The notes under the pieces are model-generated. The model did not search any database. It was given only the letters and a program-made list of their open reading frames with translations, and was not told where the DNA came from. The position numbers were made by a program, and so were the translations under genes. From a virus (lineage: Duplodnaviria; Caudoviricetes), in IMG/VR virus record IMGVR_UViG_3300011444_000015, positions 1 to 38,081 of that record: a DNA stretch of 38,081 nucleotides. One strand, 5' to 3'. Shown here one piece after another: positions 26,871-35,916 of this stretch; the first letter of the stretch is position 1; the number at the start of each line of letters is the position of its first letter.

Positions 26871-27119
26871 ATGGAGGAGAATACAGAAATGAACCCGTTT
26901 TACGGCAAGCCGATTCACGGCAAATTGCGCAATGGCATGACGTTTACGGCGCGGCGACTGAAAGAGATGACTGCGCATGTATTCTGCCTGCAAGGTCATG
27001 ACAGCGACGGGCAGCCACATCTCTGGGGCGACCTCGGCGCATGGCGTGAAGATGGCAAGGAACACCCGTTCGATATTGTTTCATCTCACGCTGGCGGCTT
27101 CCCAAGTCTCGGATTCTAA
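26871..27119 (+). CDS. Hypothetical protein
   Basis: Fills the gap before the primase; likely start ATG 26889 after GGAGG. Confidence 0.5.
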   Translation: MEENTEMNPFYGKPIHGKLRNGMTFTARRLKEMTAHVFCLQGHDSDGQPHLWGDLGAWREDGKEHPFDIVSSHAGGFPSLGF

Positions 27120-27121
27120 AA

Positions 27122-29074
27122 ATGACCCTCATCGAGCGCGCCCGGGAATACGTCAGCAAAATGCCAACCGCAGTCAGCGGTCAGGGAGGCCATCCTGCCA
27201 CATTCGCCGTCGCGTGCGTGTTGGCTTGGGGCTTCGACCTGGCTGAATCTGACGCGATGGCTTTGTTGCAGGAATACAATCAGCGATGCGCACCGCCGTG
27301 GAGCGAAAAAGACCTGATTCACAAGCTGAAATCGGTGGCCACATCCCCCCACGAGCGTCCGAGCGGCTATCTGAAAGGCGTCAGTTACGTTTACGGACGA
27401 TCAGAGCCTGCACGCCCGCCAAAGCCATCCATGCCGCAGCACAACCACGACCTGACGCGGCCATGTATGTTGCCAGCACCGATGGAGGATGCTACCCGTC
27501 AACTGCTCATGGCCGCATTCCGGGAGGGCGAAGGCATCGGCATCGCGCAGGAGGTGCTCGGCCCAGACGGTAAAGGACAGCCGAAAGATCAGGGGCCAAC
27601 GTTGAGCCGGGAAGTGTGGTTGCAAAAGCTCAACGAGCGTAGCGGTGATCCGAACCGCATCTGGAGCACGTCGGACCGAACCGGCGCTTATATCCGCATC
27701 AACCCGCTGAGGATTGGCGGCGCCACGGATGCTGATGTTACCGCGTTCCGCCATGTCCTGATTGAATTCGATTCGCTCGATCTTGATCAGCAATGGAATC
27801 ATATAGAGCAATCCCGGATCCCATGCACGGCGGTCATCTATTCTGGCGGTCGGTCGCTCCATGCCTGGGTGCGCGTCGATGCGAAGGATCGCGAGGAATA
27901 TGAGGCACGTCGAATCCAGCTTTATGATTATTTCGGCAAAGACGTTGACCCCAAGAACAAGAACCCGTCCAGATTATCCCGCCTGCCAGGCATGGTGCGC
28001 GGCGGAAATCAGCAGACGTTATTGGCACTGAACATTGGCGCCAAGGAATGGGAGGATTGGTCGCACAGCTCTGGCAAAGGCCTGCCGGTCATCCGGGATG
28101 CCGCCGAGATGATTACCGATATCAGGTCAGGCAAGGTGAAGCTGCCGGACCAGATCGTGGACGGCATCCTTCATCGCGGTCACAAGATGGCGCTTGGAGG
28201 TGGCAGCAAAACCAACAAGACATGGTGCCTGATGGATTTGGCCATCAGCATGGCTGCCGGCGCAGATTGGCTTGGGCATCCATGCGCACAAGGTCGCGTC
28301 CTGTATCTCAATTTCGAGATCGATGACGCGCATTTCGCTAAGCGTCTGCAGTTAGTCACCGAAGCTCGCAAAATCGAGCTAAAGAAGGGTTGGCTCGAAG
28401 TCTGGCCATTGCGCGGCCACGTCACGCCATATGCCGAGATGGTTGACGCCACGCTCCGAAATATCAAAAAGCAAGAGTATTCACTGATCGTCCTCGATCC
28501 GCTCTATAAGCTGCTTGGTGGCGCCGACGAGAATAAGGCGACCGATATAACCCAGATGCTCAACGCGATCGACGGGTTGGCAACGCATTCGAAAGCCGCC
28601 GTCGCGTTTGGCGCTCACTTCTCGAAGGGTAACCAGGCCGGTAAAGAGGCGATTGACCGCATTTCTGGCTCAGGCGTCTTCGCTCGTGACCCTGATACCA
28701 TCATGAGCATCACACGCCACGAGGAGGACGGCGCATTCATTATCGAGTTCACGACGCGCAATTTCCCCTACGTCGAGCCGTTCGTAGTCCGCTGGCAGTT
28801 CCCGCTCATGGCCAGAGACGGCAAGCTTGACCCTGCCAAGTTCAAGCAGCCGAATGCCAGGAAGTTCACCGCCGGCCAGTTTCTCGACGTGCTCGGCGAC
28901 CAGTCCTTGACTCATGCTGCATGGTCCGAGAAGGCGGTCAGTTCCCTTGGCTGTGGGTCCGCGACCTTCGACCGCTACCGCAAGCAGCTATCCAAGGACA
29001 AGGTCATTGAGGAAGTGACCGTCGAAGGCAACGTCAAGGGCTACCGTAAAGCAGTGGTCGTGCAGTCGTTCTGA
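27122..29074 (+). CDS. Primase-helicase (PriCT-like + AEP/RepB'-like primase + AAA_25 RecA-fold helicase)
   Basis: PPWSEKDLIHK, VLIEFD, SGGRSLHAW, SRLSRLPG, Walker A GGSKTNKT, IVLDP, HFSKG and SGSG. Confidence 0.85.
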   Translation: MTLIERAREYVSKMPTAVSGQGGHPATFAVACVLAWGFDLAESDAMALLQEYNQRCAPPWSEKDLIHKLKSVATSPHERPSGYLKGVSYVYGRSEPARPPKPSMPQHNHDLTRPCMLPAPMEDATRQLLMAAFREGEGIGIAQEVLGPDGKGQPKDQGPTLSREVWLQKLNERSGDPNRIWSTSDRTGAYIRINPLRIGGATDADVTAFRHVLIEFDSLDLDQQWNHIEQSRIPCTAVIYSGGRSLHAWVRVDAKDREEYEARRIQLYDYFGKDVDPKNKNPSRLSRLPGMVRGGNQQTLLALNIGAKEWEDWSHSSGKGLPVIRDAAEMITDIRSGKVKLPDQIVDGILHRGHKMALGGGSKTNKTWCLMDLAISMAAGADWLGHPCAQGRVLYLNFEIDDAHFAKRLQLVTEARKIELKKGWLEVWPLRGHVTPYAEMVDATLRNIKKQEYSLIVLDPLYKLLGGADENKATDITQMLNAIDGLATHSKAAVAFGAHFSKGNQAGKEAIDRISGSGVFARDPDTIMSITRHEEDGAFIIEFTTRNFPYVEPFVVRWQFPLMARDGKLDPAKFKQPNARKFTAGQFLDVLGDQSLTHAAWSEKAVSSLGCGSATFDRYRKQLSKDKVIEEVTVEGNVKGYRKAVVVQSF

Positions 29075-29090
29075 GGTAGGCAATATGTTC

Positions 29091-29307
29091 CCTATCATCA
29101 CTATCATCATCACTATCATTCAATTGATAGTAACCCCCAAATCCGAGTCACTATCATCACTATCAAATGGAATAATTCCAATTGGTGATAGTGCTCATCA
29201 GGGGGCGGTTATCTACTATCATCACCCTAAAGGGATGATGATGATAGTAACGATACCGCCCTGTGACGCCTCAACTCCTCAAATGAAAACTGCGGTGATG
29301 ATAGTAA
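29091..29307. repeat. Putative replication origin with CTATCA(TCA) iterons
   Basis: CTATCA at 29092, 29101, 29113, 29151, 29160 and 29216; TGATAG at 29125, 29186, 29242 and 29299. Imperfect palindrome 29203-29261. Immediately after the primase. Confidence 0.75.
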
Positions 29308-29412
29308 CTCCTTGGGTGATACCAATAGGCTCCATGGGTGCTAATAGGAAAAGTAAGGAATCTTTTGGCCTGCCCCCAAGCCGCACGTTTCCATTGTGGG
29401 CACCTTACCCGC

Positions 29413-29934
29413 ATGAAAAATAAAAAAAACGCCTTCCCACTCAGTTCGGGACTTGTGGCCAATCAGGTAGAATTGGCGGCGCAGTTAGGCGTTACGAGGC
29501 GATCTGTCAACACGTGGTCAAAACTGCCGGGGGCACCAGCCGCACGCTCTAATGGCAAAATCGACGTGGAAGCCTGGCGCAAGTTCGTGGCGGACTCGAA
29601 CCTGAAGGCGGCGGACACTCCAGACATTGCCTCACTGAAGGTGCGTCGGCTCCAGATCCAGTGTGAAGAGGCTGAGTTTGATTTGGCCTGCAAACGGCGT
29701 GAGTTCGTGCCGGCAGCCGAGATGCGGCGGACCATTACGCGGGGGGTGGTCGGCATCAAGGCGCGGTTACTGGCAATCCCAACGGCGCACGCGCAGAGCC
29801 TGGCCATTGAGGACGACGCCGTAGAAGTGGAGCAGGAATTGCGGAAAGCGATTTTCGAGGCATTGACTGAATTAGAAAAGAGTGAATGGGCTAAGTGCTT
29901 GTGTCCTAAGTGCGGGGCGGAGGTGACACCGTGA
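29413..29934 (+). CDS. terS: Terminase small subunit (Nu1-like)
   Basis: NQVELAAQLGVTRRSVNTW wHTH, coiled coil and RLLAIP; upstream of terL. Confidence 0.8.
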   Translation: MKNKKNAFPLSSGLVANQVELAAQLGVTRRSVNTWSKLPGAPAARSNGKIDVEAWRKFVADSNLKAADTPDIASLKVRRLQIQCEEAEFDLACKRREFVPAAEMRRTITRGVVGIKARLLAIPTAHAQSLAIEDDAVEVEQELRKAIFEALTELEKSEWAKCLCPKCGAEVTP

Positions 29935-30080
29935 GATTTCGCTTTCGTCGATGGTTTCAGGAATTGTCCTGCCTCTACGCTCACCGAAAGCATTGGCACC
30001 CGTTGAGCGTGTTCCGATTGTCCGGCGTGTCAATGGAGGCATGGCACTGTCGACGATGCGGCAGAAGGTGGGTGCAATGA
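29931..30080 (+). CDS. Small Zn-ribbon-like protein between terS and terL
   Basis: MRFRFRRWFQELSCLYAHRKHW...HCRRCGRRWVQ; GTGA and ATGA coupling at both ends. Confidence 0.5.
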   Translation: MRFRFRRWFQELSCLYAHRKHWHPLSVFRLSGVSMEAWHCRRCGRRWVQ

Positions 30081-31915
30081 CCATCTGCGAACAGCATTTT
30101 CGGTCCAACCTGGCGCCGCCGTCGAACCTCCCGATGTGGCAATGGTGGGAGGCCAACATTGAGCTGGATAATACCTCGGCGGCGCCTGGCAAGAAGTTCT
30201 CAACCAAGTTCGCGCCGATGTTGCGTTGGTATTCGGACGCGAAACAGAACCCGCGGACGCGGCGGATAACGCTGATGGTGTCCGCGCAGTCGATGAAAAC
30301 CCAGACGGCGCTGAACTCGCTACTGCATGACATCGCCGAAGATCCTGGGCCGGCCATGTGGGTCTCTGCCAGCAAAGAGAGCTGCGAAGAGACGGCGCAA
30401 AAGCGAATCTTCCCGGCGATCGAGAACTGCGCATTGACAGCTAGTCTGCTGCCGAAGGACCGCAATCGCAGGTCAAAGCGGCTGATCCAGTTGGATTCGA
30501 TGAACCTGATGCTCCGTGGGGCCAATTCGCGCATCGGGTTACAGTCCGATCCAGTCCGACGCATCTATTGCGATGAGCGGCGAGAATGGAAACGCGGCAG
30601 CATCGACATGCTGCGGAAACGCACCCGGACATTCCATAACGCGATCGAGATTTCGATGGGCACCGCCGGCGTCAAGGATGACGAACTGCACACCGACTAC
30701 CTTGAGGGCAACCAAATCATTCCGCATTTCCATTGTCCGAAGTGCAACCATTCGCAGCCGCTCCGGTTCGGCCGCAAAGCTTCTGTGCTATTCCCGTCCG
30801 ACCGCGACCACGGGGGGCTAGTGGTCGACGAGAACGAAACAACGCGACCGTTCGGAACCTGGGACTACGATGCCGTGCGCAAAGCGGTGCGGATCGAGTG
30901 CGAGAAATGCGAGGAACGATTTAGCAACGTCGAGAAGCGCAAGCTCATCAAGACATTACACCCGGTCGCCTACAATCCAAAGGCGCGCGAGGGTTACGTC
31001 AGCTTTCACTGGAATGCGTTACTGATGCTGTGGGAATCATGCGACATCGGCGAGATTTACGTTGAATTCCTGAAAGCGACCGCGGCGTATCGACTGGGGA
31101 ATATTGAGCCGCTGAAAGCTTTTGTGACCGAGACGCTGGGCGAACCATGGGAAGAACGCGGCGACCGGCCAAAAGATCATGAGTTGTTGAGGCAATGTGG
31201 CGGCAAGATTCACATGCCGTATTCGCGCGGGACGTTGTGGCTTGAGCCAGTTGAGATTGCATCCATCCTGACGGCGGACGTCCAGGCCGCACAGGGCGGG
31301 TTCATCAAATGGGTTGCGCGTCAATGGAAAGAAAACGCTGACTCGCGGCTACTCGATTACGGCATGTGCCGGAGTTACGATGACCTGCGCGACATCCAGC
31401 ATCAGTTCGGCATCAATGACGGCTGTGTCTTTATTGATTCTGGCTGGGGCCCGGGCACGAGCGATACATACAAGGCCTGCGTCGAATACAGCTGGCAGCC
31501 GATGAAGGGCGATGCCGGGGATTACTTCACCGTTTACGTTGACAAATCGCCGCGGCGCATCGCTTGGAAGATGACTGACGTTGACCCGTCGTTAGGCAAG
31601 CAGGGGCAGGGCAGGGCGACACTGCCGCTGATCCTATGGAAGCACAACACCTACCGGGACAGATTATTGCTCCACATCTGTAAAGGCCGCGGGCCGCTCT
31701 GGTTGCTGCCGGATGACATCGGCGAAGATTGGTTGAAGGAAATGACGAGCAACGAACGGCGCACCGAAAAGAAATCGAACGGCTCGATGTCGTCGGAATG
31801 GATCAAGCGCGCCGGCGTGCCTGACGATTGGCTCGACTGCGAGCTGGAGCAACTGGTTGCGGCGGATGCCGGCGGCGTGACGGTGGTGGGCGAGGCGGGA
31901 GAGAGGAAGGAATGA
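30077..31915 (+). CDS. terL: Terminase large subunit, lambda gpA family
   Basis: AQSMKT, YCDE, KRTRTF, CPKC/CEKC, TLGEPW, TADVQ, IDSG and DWLDCE. Confidence 0.92.
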   Translation: MTICEQHFRSNLAPPSNLPMWQWWEANIELDNTSAAPGKKFSTKFAPMLRWYSDAKQNPRTRRITLMVSAQSMKTQTALNSLLHDIAEDPGPAMWVSASKESCEETAQKRIFPAIENCALTASLLPKDRNRRSKRLIQLDSMNLMLRGANSRIGLQSDPVRRIYCDERREWKRGSIDMLRKRTRTFHNAIEISMGTAGVKDDELHTDYLEGNQIIPHFHCPKCNHSQPLRFGRKASVLFPSDRDHGGLVVDENETTRPFGTWDYDAVRKAVRIECEKCEERFSNVEKRKLIKTLHPVAYNPKAREGYVSFHWNALLMLWESCDIGEIYVEFLKATAAYRLGNIEPLKAFVTETLGEPWEERGDRPKDHELLRQCGGKIHMPYSRGTLWLEPVEIASILTADVQAAQGGFIKWVARQWKENADSRLLDYGMCRSYDDLRDIQHQFGINDGCVFIDSGWGPGTSDTYKACVEYSWQPMKGDAGDYFTVYVDKSPRRIAWKMTDVDPSLGKQGQGRATLPLILWKHNTYRDRLLLHICKGRGPLWLLPDDIGEDWLKEMTSNERRTEKKSNGSMSSEWIKRAGVPDDWLDCELEQLVAADAGGVTVVGEAGERKE

Positions 31916-32559
31916 ACTGGAAACAGACAGAGAAGGGTCGAGCGCATATGAGGGCTTATTGGAAAGCCTATCGGGCACGAAACAAGGTGCGGTATAATGA
32001 GTATCACAGGAAATATCAGCAATCCGACAAGGGTAAGGCTTCTCGCATCCGTCTCAGGACTCTCAGGGAGCGGACCAAAAAACGGCCAGTTCTAGCAACA
32101 TGTGACTGCGGGAACCAATTTATTCAGAAGCCTTCGATTAAAAAATCATGCAGCCCTAGGTGTGCCTATTTGCAGTGCTTGGCTACTGCTCGGCTAAGAA
32201 AAAGGGCGCGCCGACATATTCGGGATTGGATCATTGGAAGCTGCAAAATCTGCGCGAATTGGTTCATCAAAGATAAAAACTGCGGGACATGCTCCATTGA
32301 ATGCCGCACCGAAAATAGAAGTCGGGCGCAAGCTGAAAACCAACTCAAACATAAGCACGATGCGAAGCCAGAAGACGTTCTACAGCGCAGAAAAGCCAAG
32401 CAAGCTGAATGGTTCCAGCGGATAAAAAATGGACCAATTTATGAGGGAATGGCGGAGCGCAGACGCCTTCGGGTTGCGTCACTGAATGAAAAATACGTCA
32501 GGGGACTATTGTCACACGGGAGCGCATTGGGCCCTAAAGATTTTCCACCTGAGTTTTGA
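31912..32559 (+). CDS. Basic Zn-finger protein with YxxxY helix; 3' end probably frameshifted
   Basis: RAYWKAYRARN..YHRKYQ, CDC..CSPRC and CKIC..CSIEC. Confidence 0.6.
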   Translation: MNWKQTEKGRAHMRAYWKAYRARNKVRYNEYHRKYQQSDKGKASRIRLRTLRERTKKRPVLATCDCGNQFIQKPSIKKSCSPRCAYLQCLATARLRKRARRHIRDWIIGSCKICANWFIKDKNCGTCSIECRTENRSRAQAENQLKHKHDAKPEDVLQRRKAKQAEWFQRIKNGPIYEGMAERRRLRVASLNEKYVRGLLSHGSALGPKDFPPEF

Positions 32560-32598
32560 AAAGACAGATACTGATCGCGAAACGAACATTAGGAAAAT

Positions 32599-32835
32599 AT
32601 GCAAATCAAAAACATGAACGATATCCGCTCGATTCTAGCGGAGGAAATCGAAAACCTTCGGGCCAAGAAAACAGGTCCATCAACCCTTAACGCCATCGTC
32701 AACGCAACTGGAAAAATCCTGACAACCGTCAAGATGGAGATCGAGTTCGCCAAGCTGACAAACATGAAGCCAAGCAATGGGTTCATTCAGCTTGAGGAGA
32801 AAGTTGCACTCGACGGAAATGGCCCTACGGCGTAA
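32599..32835 (+). CDS. Small helical phage protein
   Basis: MNDIRSILAEEIENLR...NAIVNATGKILTTVKMEIEF. Confidence 0.7.
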   Translation: MQIKNMNDIRSILAEEIENLRAKKTGPSTLNAIVNATGKILTTVKMEIEFAKLTNMKPSNGFIQLEEKVALDGNGPTA

Positions 32836-32874
32836 ATATGCACTCAGGTAACTGACGTGGCCGCAGTGGTTATT

Positions 32875-32995
32875 GACCCCTTGGTTGATCCGTTCACGCC
32901 GTGGGGTTGTCTTTTACACTGACCGGTCTGGTATTCGGTGTAGCGGCGGGACCAGCGGGTAAAAAGAAAACTCGGATGGGCACCCGCCGCACCTA
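32875..32995 (+). ncRNA. Candidate structured RNA or terminator upstream of the head operon
   Basis: Complementary pairs 32875-80/32903-08, 32910-17/32959-67, 32928-32/32951-55 and 32943-50/32983-90. Confidence 0.3.
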
Positions 32996-33002
32996 TTTTA
33001 TC

Positions 33003-33030
33003 TTGCCAAAGGGGATTACGTAATTCAAGG
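33003..33030 (+). promoter_or_regulatory. Candidate late promoter TTGCCA-N17-CAAGG (copy 2)
   Basis: Aligns with the copies at 4341 and 35862. Confidence 0.55.
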
Positions 33031-33041
33031 CCCCGCCACAG

Positions 33042-33296
33042 ATGGCGGTCGGCCTTACAGATTACGTTCATTTCGATAGCGCAACCTTGGCAACAATGAA
33101 GACCGAGGCTGAGGCCGAACGCACGCGGCTGTTAGCCGCCGGCCAAACCTTCGGCTTACCCGGGGGTCGCACGCGTGGTGGCGTCATGTTTTCCGACCTC
33201 ATGCATCACCTGGCGGCGATTAACTACGCCATCGGCGTGCTGAACGGGTCATTGACCGAGGATACAGTCGCCGACTGCAGTGGAGGTCCGCTGTGA
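33042..33296 (+). CDS. Head-tail joining protein (gpW position)
   Basis: 84 aa helix-hairpin-helix pattern directly before the portal gene. Confidence 0.55.
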   Translation: MAVGLTDYVHFDSATLATMKTEAEAERTRLLAAGQTFGLPGGRTRGGVMFSDLMHHLAAINYAIGVLNGSLTEDTVADCSGGPL

Positions 33297-34735
33297 GTAT
33301 TCGCAGTTGGTTCGCAACCAAAGCCGTCAACTTTTTAGCTTCGAACAATCGCACCGAGGGTTGGGAAACCTCGCTCAGTCGCGCGCGGCCAAGCTCGTCG
33401 CTTGTTTCCAACGATCAGGAATACAACTACGGCAACCGCGAGAAGATGATGGCCGAGGCTCGCGCACTCTGTCAGACGTTCGGTATCGCTTCCAATATCC
33501 TCGGCAAATACGCGAACTATTGCGTCGGTTCCTGTGAAGTCGATTTCAACACCGGCAACCCGGACTGGGATGAACTGGCCGAGGAAACCGTCCGTCAGCT
33601 TTTCGAAACCATCGACGTATCCGGCGAAAACAATCTGGCCGGTATGGCCAAGATGGGCATCAAATCAAAGAAGCGCGACGGCGATGTGGGCTTCATTAAG
33701 ACTCTCGATAATGGCTTCCCGCAGATCCAAGCCATCGAAGCCGACCGCATCCGCGCTAATCCGTTCCCGTTCAATTCTGATTTCGACAAAACTTTCATTG
33801 GTGGTGTGAAGGTGGGGCGCACTGGTCGGCCGCTCTCGTTCAAGGTCTGGGAACGCCAGCTTTACATGGGTTTCGAGAACCCTCGTGAGATCGAGGCGTC
33901 CTCGTTCATTTTCCTGAAGGAGAAATCCAGATTCGATGGCATCCGCGGTGTCACGGCTTTCGAGCGTGGTGCGCTGAACCACATGCGCGACATCAAGGAG
34001 ATCATCGCTGCCGAAAAGAAGGCAGTGAAAGTGGCTGGTAAATGGGCAGTGCTCATCAAGCGCTTCGCCGGCGGCAAGCCGGTGTCTTCGGTCAACTTGT
34101 TCGGGCCGAAAACTGACGAGACCGGCAACAATTACAGTGAAGAAGTGCAGGACGGTCTGATAAAATATCTGTTACCAGGTGAGGACGCGTCCAGCTTCCA
34201 GAGCAATCGGCCATCGCCAACGTTTCAAGGCTTCCTCGAATTTCTCATCCGCGACATCGCCGTCTCGCTCGAGCTTCCGGTGGGTTTCGTTTGGTCGCTG
34301 CTCGGACTAACGGGACCGTCAGTGCGCCTTGAATCGAAACAGGCTGAGAAAACCTTTCAGGCTGAGATTGAGCAACTTGAGCGCACGTTCCTGAATCCGC
34401 TCTGCGCATGGGTGATTACATGGGCGATGATGGAATCCAAACGATTACCGTTCAATCCCTACTGGTATAAATTCGAATTCAATCGACCCTCCCATCCTTC
34501 TATTGACGTAGGCCGCGAGAGCAAGGCTGACCTCGACGAACTCGCGGCCTGCGTCACTTCTGAAGTTGACCTGAGCGCCGAACGCGGCCGTAACGCATTC
34601 CGGACGCTGAAGAAAAAGGCGCGATTTGCGCAGGCCGTGCTCGCGACCGCGAAGGAATTCGGCGTGCCGGTTGAGATGCTGAAGGAACCGCCGAAACAGC
34701 AACCGCCGGCGCCACAGCAACAGGAGGAACCATGA
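33293..34735 (+). CDS. Portal protein, lambda family
   Basis: RDGDVG, IEADRI, RGVT, YLLPGED, NRPSPTF and SIDVGRE. Confidence 0.92.
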   Translation: MSIRSWFATKAVNFLASNNRTEGWETSLSRARPSSSLVSNDQEYNYGNREKMMAEARALCQTFGIASNILGKYANYCVGSCEVDFNTGNPDWDELAEETVRQLFETIDVSGENNLAGMAKMGIKSKKRDGDVGFIKTLDNGFPQIQAIEADRIRANPFPFNSDFDKTFIGGVKVGRTGRPLSFKVWERQLYMGFENPREIEASSFIFLKEKSRFDGIRGVTAFERGALNHMRDIKEIIAAEKKAVKVAGKWAVLIKRFAGGKPVSSVNLFGPKTDETGNNYSEEVQDGLIKYLLPGEDASSFQSNRPSPTFQGFLEFLIRDIAVSLELPVGFVWSLLGLTGPSVRLESKQAEKTFQAEIEQLERTFLNPLCAWVITWAMMESKRLPFNPYWYKFEFNRPSHPSIDVGRESKADLDELAACVTSEVDLSAERGRNAFRTLKKKARFAQAVLATAKEFGVPVEMLKEPPKQQPPAPQQQEEP

Positions 34736-35592
34736 TCGATCAGCTTTTAGCCAATCTCGGGCGCCAGGCACTTAGTCAGCCGTGGGCATTAACTCCGGAC
34801 ATGGAATCCGCCGCCTCGATCATTTGGGGATTACGAATTATTGATGATAGCGCGGTCAGCCCGGTCGTGCAGTCACTGGTCGGCCTGCTGTCATTGAGCC
34901 AATTAAGCGCGAAGCCTGGCAACGCACAGCCAGACGACGAAAGCGAGGACAACGTCGCAGTGGTGCCGATCCGCGGCCTACTGATGCGGTCCACAAACTT
35001 CCTGCAGCGATTCATGGGCGCGACATCTTACGGCAGCATCCAAGCCAGATTCGAAAAGGCGATGGCGAGCGATGCAAAGACCGTGTTACTCGCGATTGAT
35101 TCCCCTGGCGGCGATGTGGTCGGCTGCGATGCGACCGCGCAGTTGATTGCTGACGGCGTGAAGTCGAGCAAGAAACGAGTCATCGCCTATACTTCCGGCC
35201 AGATGTGTTCAGCGGCTTACTGGATTGGCAGCCAGGCGGACGAGGTCATCTCTACCCGGGACGCGCAGGTCGGCAGCATCGGTGTTATCGCGAAGATTGT
35301 TGACACCACGCGAGCTGACAAAAACAAGGGCGCGGATTCCACCATTCTAACGACTGGCGAGAACAAAGGCATAGGCGCCACGCCGATCACAGGAAGCCAT
35401 TTAGGAGTGCTCAACGATATCATGGCTGAGACTTTCGCGAACTTTGTTGCCGCCGTTGAAGCTGGCCGAGGAAAACCGCTCAGTGACGACGCGAAGACCG
35501 GGCGATTCTACACGGGGTCAAGTGCGATGAAGGTCGGATTAGTCGATAAAAATATGAGCCTCGCTCAACTGATGAAGGAGTGCAACGCGTGA
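34732..35592 (+). CDS. S49 (SppA/gpC-like) prohead protease
   Basis: IDSPGG, CSAAYWIGSQAD and GSIGV. Confidence 0.92.
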   Translation: MIDQLLANLGRQALSQPWALTPDMESAASIIWGLRIIDDSAVSPVVQSLVGLLSLSQLSAKPGNAQPDDESEDNVAVVPIRGLLMRSTNFLQRFMGATSYGSIQARFEKAMASDAKTVLLAIDSPGGDVVGCDATAQLIADGVKSSKKRVIAYTSGQMCSAAYWIGSQADEVISTRDAQVGSIGVIAKIVDTTRADKNKGADSTILTTGENKGIGATPITGSHLGVLNDIMAETFANFVAAVEAGRGKPLSDDAKTGRFYTGSSAMKVGLVDKNMSLAQLMKECNA

Positions 35593-35852
35593 GCAGGCCT
35601 CGGGGCAGTTACCACATCGAGACATGGGCCGGCGGCGGCATCTGGCATTGGCTTGTCAAGAATCTCTTTCAAGAGATCGTGGACTGCGGCGAAGCGAAGA
35701 AAAAGCGCGAGGCCGAGCAGTTTGCACGCGAGAGCCGAAACAGGCACGCAGAAGCCGCGGCGAACGTCGTTGCTGTTAAGTCCACGATAGGTGCTCACAC
35801 CAAGACAATCACTGGCGGAAAGCTTAAGCCGTGGAAAAGAATCGCATGGTAA
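35589..35852 (+). CDS. Hypothetical protein
   Basis: GTGA-coupled to the protease stop; basic. Confidence 0.45.
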   Translation: MSRPRGSYHIETWAGGGIWHWLVKNLFQEIVDCGEAKKKREAEQFARESRNRHAEAAANVVAVKSTIGAHTKTITGGKLKPWKRIAW

Positions 35853-35861
35853 AAAAGGGTG

Positions 35862-35889
35862 TTGACACCGTCCGTTACGAATCACAAGG
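35862..35889 (+). promoter_or_regulatory. Candidate late promoter TTGACA-N17-CAAGG (copy 3)
   Basis: Aligns with the copies at 4341 and 33003. Confidence 0.55.
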
Positions 35890-35916
35890 AGCCGAACCGT
35901 TGAGAGAAAATTTTGT

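Noticed and set aside
29085-29423. 112-aa ORF MFPIITIIITII...
   Set aside because: The translation is a by-product of the CTATCATCA iterons.
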